DNA of 64,000 bases from Candidatus Hecatella orcuttiae (GTDB lineage Archaea; Thermoproteota; Bathyarchaeia; Hecatellales; Hecatellaceae). Positions within the stretch are counted from its first letter, which is position 1; each line of letters begins with the position of its first letter. This document shows, piece by piece, positions 9,601-18,729 of this stretch. Both the position numbers and the translations under genes were made by a program. The notes under the pieces are model-generated. The model worked only from the letters and a program-made list of their open reading frames with translations, did not search any database and was not told the origin of the DNA. The stretch covers positions 480,001 through 544,000 of the forward strand of contig MTLY02000003.1 in the NCBI GenBank assembly GCA_002011035.2. Direction: 5' to 3'.

Positions 9601-10419
9601 ATGGCTTTCTCAGGTTTCTTACGGAGGATGAAGCATCGCTCTTCCAACGCCCCTTCTCGCTCCAACGGGGCCGCCGCAGACAATTTCCTGTTCCTCCTCC
9701 CCCTAGGAGCCATCTTCGCAGGCTGGGAGGCCGCTGCGAGGCTGAACCTGTTTTTCGTTAAATTCGCGCCTTCCCCCTCTGAGATCCTCGCGGTTTTGTT
9801 CACCAACCTAGGCAATCCTGAATTCGTCTATCTTATCCTCCACAGCATGGCCAACTTGGTCTTAGGCATCATCATAGCCAGTGTTTTCGCCATACCCCTA
9901 GCCATCGGGACGGGGTTGAAGTCTCGGGTTGATTCCACGCTTACCCCTTTGGTGATGATAGTGGGAGCGCTGCCTGACCTGGCGCTTCTCCCTTTGATAG
10001 TCTTCTGGTTCGGCCCCGGGATGGCGGCCGCTGTGTTCATGGCCACTGTGGTGGCGTTTTTCCCCGTGTTCTTCACCGTGAGGGAGGGTGTGAAAGATAT
10101 TCCTCAAGACTATTTCCATGTGGCGGAGATCTACAAGGCGAAAAAATACCAAGTCTACACCAAGCTGGTTTTCCCCGCTGTTTTGCCTCAGATCGTAACT
10201 GGGGTGAGGTTGGCTTACGAGTTTCTATGGGAAATAGTCTTAGCCATAGAAATCATAGCCAGCATCCACGGCATAGGCTTCTTCATCAACCACTCCGTTC
10301 AGGCTGAGTCTCTCACCCAAGCTTTCGCCGGCATCTTCGCCATCGGAGGCTTAGCCATCATCATTGACAGGACTGTCTTCCAGCGGCTGGAGAACTACAT
10401 CAGGAAGTGGCATGAATGA
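9601..10419 (+). CDS. ABC transporter permease, SsuC/TauC/NrtB type
   Basis: WE..., PSP motif, 6 TMs, EAA-like loop, VFPAVLPQI.TG.R. Confidence 0.88.
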   Translation: MAFSGFLRRMKHRSSNAPSRSNGAAADNFLFLLPLGAIFAGWEAAARLNLFFVKFAPSPSEILAVLFTNLGNPEFVYLILHSMANLVLGIIIASVFAIPLAIGTGLKSRVDSTLTPLVMIVGALPDLALLPLIVFWFGPGMAAAVFMATVVAFFPVFFTVREGVKDIPQDYFHVAEIYKAKKYQVYTKLVFPAVLPQIVTGVRLAYEFLWEIVLAIEIIASIHGIGFFINHSVQAESLTQAFAGIFAIGGLAIIIDRTVFQRLENYIRKWHE

Positions 10420-11237
10420 CCGTGTGCTTGGAGGTTGAGAAGGTAACCAAGCACTTCCCCCATCGTAGGGAGAGAGTCTGCACCCTCCACGAGGTAACCT
10501 TCGACGTCCACGACAAAGAGTTCGTGTGCATCATCGGGCCCAGCGGCTGCGGGAAGTCCACGCTTCTCAAGATCATCGCCGGCTTAGATGCGCCCTCCAC
10601 CGGGGAGGTCAGGCTTAGGGGTGAAAGCATCGAGGAGCCTCATCCCAAGATAAGCATGGTGTTCCAATCCTTCGCCCTTTTCCCTTGGAGGACGGTGGTT
10701 CAAAACGTGGAATTCGGCCTTGAAGCCAGGGGAGTCCCCCGCCCTCAGAGGAGGAAAATCGCCCTCGAGCTTCTGGAAATGGTGGGATTGAAGGGTCTGG
10801 AGAACCTTTATCCCAAAGAGATTTCCGGGGGGATGAAGCAGAGAGTCGGCATTGCAAGGGCCTTAGCCGTCGACCCCGAGGTCATCCTGATGGATGAGGC
10901 CTTCAGCGCGGTCGACGAATTTACGGCGCAGGTTTTGAGAAGCGAGGTTCTGGAGCTTTGGGAGGAGACGGAGAAAACCTTCCTGCTTGTTACCCACAAC
11001 CTGACGGAAGCCATAGAGATGGCTGACAGGATTATTGTCCTAAGTTCGAAGCCGGCTAGACTTAAGTGCAATGTCCCCGTCCACCTTAAGAGGCCTAGGA
11101 ATAGGGGAGAACCCCGTTTCTTGAAGTTTCAAAAAGAACTTTTCGAATTGCTGAGGGAGGAGCTGGAGAACACCATCGTGAGGCATAAGCTCAGAGCCGT
11201 CCACGCCCACCACGGCCTTGAAGACATGGAGAAGTAG
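10416..11237 (+). CDS. ABC transporter ATPase, SsuB/TauB type
   Basis: GPSGCGKST, ISGGMKQR, ILMDE, VTH; ATGA overlap with the permease. Confidence 0.92.
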   Translation: MTVCLEVEKVTKHFPHRRERVCTLHEVTFDVHDKEFVCIIGPSGCGKSTLLKIIAGLDAPSTGEVRLRGESIEEPHPKISMVFQSFALFPWRTVVQNVEFGLEARGVPRPQRRKIALELLEMVGLKGLENLYPKEISGGMKQRVGIARALAVDPEVILMDEAFSAVDEFTAQVLRSEVLELWEETEKTFLLVTHNLTEAIEMADRIIVLSSKPARLKCNVPVHLKRPRNRGEPRFLKFQKELFELLREELENTIVRHKLRAVHAHHGLEDMEK

Positions 11238-11272
11238 CCCCTTTTTTTTGGGAGGCCGGTTTCCCCCTTTTT
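11238..11272 (+). terminator. Oligo-T archaeal terminator
   Basis: T8 and a second T run right after the stop codon. Confidence 0.45.
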
Positions 11273-11358
11273 TCGCAGACGTTTTGAGACGTAGATTTTT
11301 ATATGTGGGGGAAGGCTATATTCTTCTTGAGAATTAATCGATATGAGGCTAAAGTTGT

Positions 11359-12462
11359 TTGAAGCTTGTAACCATAGGTTTAGGGCAGGCTGGCGGGAGA
11401 ATCGTCGACCTACTCCTCCATTATGATACTTGGGGAAGACACAAGCATATTGTGGCCTCCTGTATGGCTGTTAATACCTCCAAGTCGGACCTCATAGGCT
11501 TGAGAACCATCCCCCAGAAGCACAGGGTCCTCATAGGGCAGAGCGCTGTGAAAGGCCACGGAGTAGGATTAAACAACGAGCTGGCGGCTAAAATAATGGA
11601 AAAAGACCATCCGATGATCAAGAGAGTGCTGAGTGAGCGGGAGCACTTGGACATCGACGCCTTCCTCCTGATAGCCGGGCTTGGCGGGGGCACAGGTTCA
11701 GGGGGAACCCCCGTGCTGGTTAAAGCATTGAAGGAGAGCTACGGGGAGCCTGTCTATGTCCTCGGAGTGCTGCCCAGCGACGATGAGGGAGGCCTGATGT
11801 GCTACAACGCGGCGAGAAGCCTGGTTTCCCTCAAAGACAAGGCGGACGGAATCATTCTTTTCGACAACAACCTCTGGAGGAGGGAAGGGCTGCCCATCCA
11901 AGCCAGCTACGACGCCATGAACCACCAGGTGGTCAAGCCTCTGCCTGTGCTGATGGGAGCCGGGGAGGTCACGGCTAAGGATAAAATAGGCGCCAAGGTG
12001 GTAGACGCCTCCGACATTATGAACACCATCCGCCAGTTCACTGTCCTAGGCCATTCGGAAGTCCAGCTGGGTGGGCTGTGGAGTAAAAAAGTGGACATCC
12101 ACGAGCTCATAAGACTGGCTGTGACGGGGAAGCTGACGGCTGAGTGCGACATAAAGCAGGCCCGCCGGGTCTTGTTCATGGTAGCCGGGCCTCCGCGGGA
12201 GATGAGCCGCGCCGGCATCGATCATGCTCGAAGCTGGCTGGAGAGCGTTGCCGTGAACGCGGAGCTGAGGGTGGGCGACTACCCGCTTCCCAAGTCTAAA
12301 ACCATGATGAGCATCGTCCTCTTCTCAGGCATGGAGGACACGCCGAGGGTGAAGGCGTTGGTGAAGAAGGCTCTGGAGTATCAGAAACTTCAGGAAACCC
12401 GGGAGGCGGGGGTAAGCAGCTTGGAGTTGGGCAAAGGTCGGCTGAAGCCTCTGATAGAGTAG
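11359..12462 (+). CDS. cetZ: Tubulin/FtsZ superfamily GTPase, CetZ-like
   Basis: IGLGQAGGRI, AVNT...DL, RVLIGQ..VKGHGVG, GLGGGTGSGG, FDN, T7-like VDASDIMNT, ELRVGDYP. Confidence 0.85.
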   Translation: MKLVTIGLGQAGGRIVDLLLHYDTWGRHKHIVASCMAVNTSKSDLIGLRTIPQKHRVLIGQSAVKGHGVGLNNELAAKIMEKDHPMIKRVLSEREHLDIDAFLLIAGLGGGTGSGGTPVLVKALKESYGEPVYVLGVLPSDDEGGLMCYNAARSLVSLKDKADGIILFDNNLWRREGLPIQASYDAMNHQVVKPLPVLMGAGEVTAKDKIGAKVVDASDIMNTIRQFTVLGHSEVQLGGLWSKKVDIHELIRLAVTGKLTAECDIKQARRVLFMVAGPPREMSRAGIDHARSWLESVAVNAELRVGDYPLPKSKTMMSIVLFSGMEDTPRVKALVKKALEYQKLQETREAGVSSLELGKGRLKPLIE

Positions 12463-12502
12463 CAGAGCTGGACTCCGAAAACTTTTTCAGCTCCCCAGCT
12501 TT

Positions 12503-13663
12503 ATGGGAGGCGGAGCAACCTTGCAGGTTTCAGGCTTCCGAAAGTTTTACCCCTTTTTCTTCGCAGTCCTTCTCTCCCTCGGCAGCTTGACGGCCTTGGC
12601 CTCCGCAGCCGCCCTCCAAGGGGAGGTCGAAGTTCTGCTGGAGGGGCTGAATCACCCTACAGGTTTGGCTGTGGACCAGGAGGGCAACGTTTACTTCACG
12701 GAGTTCGGTTTGGAGGGAGCTCTTAAAAAATACTGGGCGGACGGCCGGGTTTCCACGCTGCTCTCCAACCTCACCTCCGCGCCGGGGGTGGCAGTGGGGC
12801 CTGAAGGCGACGTCTACGTGGTGGAGGGCGCTGAAGGGGTGCTCTGGAGGCTGAGGCCCGGAGCTTCGGAGCCTGAGGCTGTGGTGGAGGAGACCTTGGG
12901 GATGTGGGACTTGGCCTTGGACGGAGACGGCAACCTTTACATTACCATCCGGTCGGTGGAGGGGGCGCTGCTGAGGCTGAGCCCCGGGGCTGAGCGGCCT
13001 GAAACCTTGGTGGAGGGTTTGAACGTCCCCTACGGAGTGGCCGTGGACGGAGCTGGCAGTGTCTACTGGGTGGAGTTTGGGAACAGAACGGAGAGCAACG
13101 GAGCCCTGAGGATGCTTCCCCCGGGGTCGGCGGAGCCTCTGACCCTGCTGGAGGGGCTGCGGAACCCCTACGACGTGGCTGTGGACGGCCGGGGCTGGGT
13201 TTACTTCACCGAGAAGGCGGGGACGCTGAAGGTTTTGAAGCCTGAGGGCGGGGAGCCGGAGGTAGTCCTCTCCGACCTGGGGAGGGTCTACGGCATCGCC
13301 TTCGACCCCTTGGGAAACCTGTACCTGGCTAGGTTCGGAAGCCCCGTTGGCACAGGCGACGGAGCCCTTTGGAGGCTTCGGGTTTCGGAGCCCCCTGCCC
13401 CCGAGGGCGAGGACGGGCGGCTGGCTGCTTTGGAAAGCCGGGTGGCTGAGCTTTCTTCGGAGGCTGCTTCCCTGGAAGCTCAGGTAGTTGCGTTGGGGGA
13501 CGCCGTGGACGACTTGGCCGGTGAGGTGGCTGGGGTTGAGGGTTTGATACGGGGAGTTCTGGCTTTGGCGGCTGTGGCCGTGGTCTTGGCTGTGGCTTCC
13601 CTGGGGCTTCAGTTGAAGGCCGGGGCTCCGAAGGGGAAGGCTGGGCGTCCTCGGAGAGTTTGA
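12503..13663 (+). CDS. Membrane-anchored NHL-repeat beta-propeller surface protein
   Basis: Signal peptide, about 6 P.G.AVD..G.VY.TE repeats, coiled coil, C-terminal TM plus basic tail. Confidence 0.8.
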   Translation: MGGGATLQVSGFRKFYPFFFAVLLSLGSLTALASAAALQGEVEVLLEGLNHPTGLAVDQEGNVYFTEFGLEGALKKYWADGRVSTLLSNLTSAPGVAVGPEGDVYVVEGAEGVLWRLRPGASEPEAVVEETLGMWDLALDGDGNLYITIRSVEGALLRLSPGAERPETLVEGLNVPYGVAVDGAGSVYWVEFGNRTESNGALRMLPPGSAEPLTLLEGLRNPYDVAVDGRGWVYFTEKAGTLKVLKPEGGEPEVVLSDLGRVYGIAFDPLGNLYLARFGSPVGTGDGALWRLRVSEPPAPEGEDGRLAALESRVAELSSEAASLEAQVVALGDAVDDLAGEVAGVEGLIRGVLALAAVAVVLAVASLGLQLKAGAPKGKAGRPRRV

Positions 13664-13713
13664 GGCTTGGCTGAGCTGGAGGGAAACGTGAAGCCGCTGT
13701 CTCGGATGGAAAC

Positions 13714-14064
13714 TTAGACTAGGAGCATTCGCATGGGTTTTAGTGTGCGTTTGAAGGGGTCGAGGACCAGTCCCAAAATTTCCAAGGTGACCACGCCTAA
13801 CAGTGCCTCATCACCCGCCTCTCCTAGAATGACGGGGGTGCGGGCTTCTCCTTGGGGAAGGATGATGTAGCATTCTGAAACCTTCCGGGTTATCGCGCTT
13901 CCGTCGGCTAGGGTGAAGGTGTGCTCCCGCATGGGCTTCAGCCCGATTTTCCGCCATACTTTTTGGGGAAGTAGGGAGTAGGTTGCGCTGCTGTCGACGA
14001 GGAAGCGCACTTGCTCTTCTCCAGCCGGGCCCTTCACGGTTCCTTCGAGGTGGGTGATGCCCAA
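13714..14064 (-). CDS. Clan AA retroviral-like aspartyl protease
   Basis: FLVDSSATYS, TLADG, ALLGVVTLE.LGLV.DP. Confidence 0.85.
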   Translation of the reverse strand: MGITHLEGTVKGPAGEEQVRFLVDSSATYSLLPQKVWRKIGLKPMREHTFTLADGSAITRKVSECYIILPQGEARTPVILGEAGDEALLGVVTLEILGLVLDPFKRTLKPMRMLLV

Positions 14065-14379
14065 AAAAATATCCCCGCTTTTGAACGCGGTTTTCCGCTC
14101 TATTAAGCTTTACGCCCGTTGGATTGTGTGGTGTGAGTTTTTTGCAAGGTTTTTCAGGACTGCTGGTTTTGTAGGAGGGTGAGTCCGTAGGGTCTGGAAT
14201 GTTCAACTTTTCTTGTTGAAGGGTTAAGCGAGGTGTTCTCAGAAAGTTTAAGGGCGTCTTTCCGCCGAAAACCTATGCCACCATATGCCACTATCGCGCA
14301 CTTTTAGGGACTCTGCTCTGGGGCTGGGGTGTTGTGGTTTTTCAGGCGGCTGTTTAGGGTGGTTTTTGTTGTTTTTTGT

Positions 14380-14418
14380 TTACATTTGTATATAAAATGT
14401 AAGCTAAGGTATATATAC
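14380..14418 (+). promoter_or_regulatory. Putative S-layer promoter: TATA element within an 8-bp inverted repeat, plus a second palindromic TATA
   Basis: TTACATTT-GTATATA-AAATGTAA (14380-14402) and GTATATATAC (14409-14418). Confidence 0.45.
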
Positions 14419-14474
14419 TGTCGGAGGGCTAGTTTGAGGTTGGAAATATCTAACGGTATGAGTGTGAGAAAAAG

Positions 14475-17400
14475 ATGAATACCATAGGCTTGAATATCGA
14501 CATGAAAAAAGGTTTAGGCATAGCAACCATCGCCATACTCCTCCTAGGAGTACTAGCCGCCATACCCATCGTCCTACCCAAAGCCCACGCAGGCACCCTG
14601 GGAACCATAACCGTATCATCCGACAGGTTCAGCGGCGACAACCTACTTCAGATAACCATCACAGACCCAGATATCGCCGCTGCCACTGCTGGAATGCCCA
14701 GTGTTGAGGTAAACGGCGTAGCCATAGACCTCTATCAAATAGTGGGAGGCGCTTGGGTTGCGTGGATCGTGGACGACGCCTTTGATACTCCTACAAACGA
14801 AGGCCGTCCAGCTAATCCGCCCAACCAAGAAGCCAACCTCGGCGCTAACGAACCGAATGCTGATGACGACGGTGATGGCGTCACAGAGTTGGGCGAATTT
14901 GATGAGGTCGTTGAAGAGTTCGACTTTGCTGATGCAGGTGTGACCTCTGTTACGATCATCTACCATGATGTAGATCCCTTCCAGGATGTTTCTGTGACCG
15001 TAAGCTACGGTGCCATCACGGGCGCTGTTACCCTTGACCGTGAAGAGTACCCACTAGGCGCTACTGTCAACATCGATGTAGAGGACGTAGACCTGAACGC
15101 CGACCCCACAGCTGCGGAGACAACCGCAGCCTTGCTGAACCTCGCCACCACCACAGGTGGTGCTGTAGGCGTCCAGACTATGACTGAAACAGGTCCCACC
15201 ACGGGCGTGTTTGAGGACGCCATAGCGCTGCCTGCGGGAACAGCAGTAGGAGACATCATCACGGTGACCTACGATGCCGGAGGAGACAACGTGGTGGTAA
15301 CCGCCGTGGTCACAGCCAACACAGGCGCCGTGACCTTGGACAAGGCGGAGTACGACATCAACGATGTGGCTACCATAACCCTGACTGACCCAGACCTTAA
15401 CCTCAACGCGGAGGCCGCTGACGAGGTTAACAACGTTAACGTGCTGAAAGTCACAGTAGACCTGCCGGCTGCTGTAGGAAACTACGCTGTGGACATGGAT
15501 GAGACAGGCGTCAACACAGGTGTCTTCACCGGCCAGTTCTCCTTCGTCCTAGACGACGGAGATGCAAACGACGACAGCACCGCTGGCAACGACCCCATCA
15601 TCGAAGTGGCCAGTGGAGCTACGATCACCGTAACCTACACCGACGCCAACACGGCGGACGGTCGGACGAACGTGGACCTCACAGCTACGGCTGACTTCGT
15701 CACCCACACAGGAACTGTTGCCTTGGACAGGGACACCTACGGCCCCAACGCCGTAGCTACCGTCACCGTGACGGACATGGACCTGAACACCGACTCCAGC
15801 GCTCGGGAGAGATACTACTCCTTAAACGTGCTGGATGTCACCAGCGCAGCTGACCAGAACGCTCCCCACGCCATCATGATCTTGGAGACGGGACCTGACA
15901 CAGGTGTCTTCACCGGCCAGTTCCGGTTCACCACCACAGACGGTGCAGGAACTGCTGGCACCATTCCGACGGTGGAAGTTGCCATCGGCGGAACAGTGAC
16001 TGTAACTTACACCGATGCGGTGGATGCAGCCGGTAATGCCGTGGACGTGACTGACACAGCTACCTTCAGAAGCCAGACAGGGTCCATCGACATCCTCAAG
16101 TCGGTGATCTCGCCGGACACCACCATCCTAGTCCAACTAACCGATCCAGACCTCAACACTGACGCCTACGTGGTAGACGACGCCTTCGACAGTCTGGCGG
16201 ACACAGCTCTGACCTTCTACAGCACAAGCTGGCCTCTTACCTCTGGCACTGAAGATGAACACCAGTTCGAAGATAGTGCTGCGGTTGAAACCGACTTCGA
16301 CGAGACGGGTGTTAACACAGGAGTCTTCGAGATACGAATAGACCTCAGCCACGCAACTGTTCTCGAAGCAGCCGGAGATACATTCTACGTTAAATACATC
16401 GATCCGGCTAACAGTGCAGGCGGCACCTCCACCCTCCAAGACACAGCCTCAGTTAGGACTAACACAGGGACATTGTCGCTGGACAAATCCGAATACAGCA
16501 TCGGCGATACGATAACGATAACCCTGACCGACCCAGATCTGAACACTGACCCGGAAGCAGCGGACACAACTCCCGACGACGGTGACGACACACTGGAAGA
16601 CAGCGAAGTCCTGATAAAGAGCAGCACGGATCCCACAGGCGAGGTCATAGTTCTCACAGAAACAGGCTGGGACACCAACGTCTTCACCGACACGATTATC
16701 GTGTCTGAAACCCAAGCCACAAATGACGAGTACCTTCTAGTATCCCGCGCCGACACGGTCACCGTCCAATACAGAGACGCGGCCACAGCCGGAGGCGGAG
16801 GAGCTATAACCATCACCGCTACAGCGACGATCACAGCCACCACAGGCACCCTCGAACTGGACAAGACCGTCTACACGCCCAGAGGAAAGGTCACCGTCAC
16901 AGTGACCGACCCCGACCTCAACGTCAACTCCCTCGTCAACGACGAACTTGATGAAACAACGGAAAGAGCCAGAGCCTTCACCACCAGCGACCCCACAGGC
17001 ATCTACTTCACCCTCACAGAAACAGGGCCTGACACAGGCGTCTTCCAAGCCATCATCACGTTGGCAGCAGCCACCAACGATGCTGCCGACGAGTTGAAGG
17101 CTGCGGACGACGACGGCCTGACGGTGGTCTACATCGACGCTGCGGATGCCGCGGGCAACTTGGATGTAGCCGTCAGGAAGACAGCTTTGGTCACCTACAA
17201 CACAGGCATCCTCAGCTTCGACATGGCCTCCTACACCATGGATGACTCACCTGTGGTCACCCTCAATGACCCCGACCTCAACCTTGAACCAGCCCTCAGA
17301 GAATCCGCCAACATCGCAATAACTTCAAGCACCGACCCCGCGGGCATAAGGCTGACCTTAACCGAGACAGCTGTCGACTCCGGAGTATTCTCGGAGAGCT

Positions 17401-17900
17401 TCACCTTCACCACAGGCACATCCCAAGGCACCAAGCTGCAGGCTGCCGTGGGCGACATCATCACAGCGGTCTACGACGACGCCGCCAACGCCGACGGTCT
17501 GGCACAGAGGATTAAGGCCACCGCCACCCTGACGGTGACCCCGGTTGCGCCCGGAGTTGTCATCTCCGCCGGTGCACCGTCTCTGCTGGACGTCAACGGC
17601 AACCCCATCGCCGCAGCCACCGTGGGCACCACGGTGCTCCTGTCCACCGAGATGACCAACAGCGCCGCTGAAGACCAAGCCATGCTCTACATCGTCCAGG
17701 TCAAAGACGCCGCAGGCCGTGTGGTGAGCCTCAGCTTCATCAGCGGCACCGTCCCAGCCGGAGCCACCTACACCTTCGGAGTTCCGTGGATTCCGGCTGA
17801 AGCCGGAGACTACACCGTCGAAGTCTTCGCCTGGCACAGCTGGACAGACCCGACACCCCTATCAGAAGTCAGCACAGCCACAGTGACCGCCACCTCGTAA
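14475..17900 (+). CDS. S-layer protein, Nitrososphaeria SlaA-like, multi-Ig
   Basis: Signal peptide; 7 repeats of DxDLN...ET(G/A)xx(T/S)(G/N)VF; C-terminal YIVQVKD..G.VVSL..ISG....W.P...G.YTVEVFAW.SW.DPTPLS domain; very Asp/Thr-rich; C-ending codon bias. Confidence 0.85.
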   Translation: MNTIGLNIDMKKGLGIATIAILLLGVLAAIPIVLPKAHAGTLGTITVSSDRFSGDNLLQITITDPDIAAATAGMPSVEVNGVAIDLYQIVGGAWVAWIVDDAFDTPTNEGRPANPPNQEANLGANEPNADDDGDGVTELGEFDEVVEEFDFADAGVTSVTIIYHDVDPFQDVSVTVSYGAITGAVTLDREEYPLGATVNIDVEDVDLNADPTAAETTAALLNLATTTGGAVGVQTMTETGPTTGVFEDAIALPAGTAVGDIITVTYDAGGDNVVVTAVVTANTGAVTLDKAEYDINDVATITLTDPDLNLNAEAADEVNNVNVLKVTVDLPAAVGNYAVDMDETGVNTGVFTGQFSFVLDDGDANDDSTAGNDPIIEVASGATITVTYTDANTADGRTNVDLTATADFVTHTGTVALDRDTYGPNAVATVTVTDMDLNTDSSARERYYSLNVLDVTSAADQNAPHAIMILETGPDTGVFTGQFRFTTTDGAGTAGTIPTVEVAIGGTVTVTYTDAVDAAGNAVDVTDTATFRSQTGSIDILKSVISPDTTILVQLTDPDLNTDAYVVDDAFDSLADTALTFYSTSWPLTSGTEDEHQFEDSAAVETDFDETGVNTGVFEIRIDLSHATVLEAAGDTFYVKYIDPANSAGGTSTLQDTASVRTNTGTLSLDKSEYSIGDTITITLTDPDLNTDPEAADTTPDDGDDTLEDSEVLIKSSTDPTGEVIVLTETGWDTNVFTDTIIVSETQATNDEYLLVSRADTVTVQYRDAATAGGGGAITITATATITATTGTLELDKTVYTPRGKVTVTVTDPDLNVNSLVNDELDETTERARAFTTSDPTGIYFTLTETGPDTGVFQAIITLAAATNDAADELKAADDDGLTVVYIDAADAAGNLDVAVRKTALVTYNTGILSFDMASYTMDDSPVVTLNDPDLNLEPALRESANIAITSSTDPAGIRLTLTETAVDSGVFSESFTFTTGTSQGTKLQAAVGDIITAVYDDAANADGLAQRIKATATLTVTPVAPGVVISAGAPSLLDVNGNPIAAATVGTTVLLSTEMTNSAAEDQAMLYIVQVKDAAGRVVSLSFISGTVPAGATYTFGVPWIPAEAGDYTVEVFAWHSWTDPTPLSEVSTATVTATS

Positions 17901-17916
17901 AAGGAGCTGACCCAAA

Positions 17917-18618
17917 ATGTACCCGATGACACCCCAAAAATCCCTACCTTTCTTTATGGTAGCAGTGCTCATCGTCGCCGCAGCAGTTTTGCCTTTGGCT
18001 TTCGCCGCCCCCACGGTTGCCACGGATAAGGACACCTACGAGCCGGGGGACAGCCTTTCGGTGAGCGGTACAGCTGCGGCCAACGCTTTGGTGTCTCTTC
18101 AGCTGTTCGACCCCGACGGGGTTCGGGTGGCCATAGCCCAAGCGGAGGCCGACGCCGCCGGCGCCTACTCCGCCGCCAACATCTACACTTTCTCCGCCCA
18201 AGACCCCACAGGCACCTGGACGGTGAAAGCCTACGAAGGCGGCATAACCGCGGAGACTACCTTCCAACTGGTCTCCGAGATAACGCCCCCGGTAGAAGAT
18301 AGAGTCGCCGAACTCGAAGCCCAAATCGCCGACCTCACCAGCCAACTGGAAGCCCTCCAAGCCGAACTCGCCGCCATCGAACTCCAACCAGGCCCTGAAG
18401 GTCCCCAAGGCCCTCCAGGCCCTGAAGGTCCCCAAGGCCCTCCAGGCCCAGCCGGCCCAGCCGGTCCAGCCGGCCCTGAAGGCCCACCGGGCCCACCGGG
18501 TCCTGCCGGCCCAGCCGGTCCAGCAGCACCCATGGGGCTGACCTACGGAGCCATCATCATCGCCATCATAGCCATAGCCCTCAGCGCCGCCAGCCTAGCC
18601 AGAAAACCCAAAGCCTAA
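17917..18618 (+). CDS. Surface stalk protein: Ig-like domain, coiled coil, collagen-like repeat, C-terminal TM
   Basis: Signal peptide, TDKDTY.PGD Ig/MG2-like domain, heptads, (GPX)15, TM followed by RKPKA. Confidence 0.8.
   Translation: MYPMTPQKSLPFFMVAVLIVAAAVLPLAFAAPTVATDKDTYEPGDSLSVSGTAAANALVSLQLFDPDGVRVAIAQAEADAAGAYSAANIYTFSAQDPTGTWTVKAYEGGITAETTFQLVSEITPPVEDRVAELEAQIADLTSQLEALQAELAAIELQPGPEGPQGPPGPEGPQGPPGPAGPAGPAGPEGPPGPPGPAGPAGPAAPMGLTYGAIIIAIIAIALSAASLARKPKA
17965..18243 (+). repeat. 279-bp direct repeat, copy 1 (copy 2 at 18799-19077)
   Basis: GTGCTCATCGTC...TACGAAGGCGGC; the two copies appear identical on inspection. Confidence 0.95.
18391..18525 (+). repeat. Collagen-coding tandem repeat (9/27-bp units)
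   Basis: GGCCCTGAAGGTCCCCAAGGCCCTCCA x2, then GGCCCAGCC-type units; 15 Gly-Pro-X triplets. Confidence 0.9.
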
Positions 18619-18632
18619 ACCCAAACCCAAAA

Positions 18633-18652
18633 CCCCCCTTTTTATTTTTTTC
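18633..18652 (+). terminator. Oligo-T terminator after the collagen-stalk gene
   Basis: CCCCCCTTTTTATTTTTTT downstream of the stop at 18618. Confidence 0.5.
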
Positions 18653-18729
18653 AACACTTCCTCGGTTAAGGTAATATAACCTAGCAGATAGTATAGTGGA
18701 TCACATACAAGCTCACCTAGGTGAAATGA

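Noticed and set aside
9234-9815. ORFs upstream of the ABC permease as a substrate-binding protein or RNA gene
   Set aside because: No signal peptide or motifs, and no tRNA cloverleaf or other recognisable RNA structure
14643-18533. Many minus-strand ORFs opposite the S-layer and stalk genes, including a G/P-rich one
   Set aside because: Antisense shadows of biased codon usage
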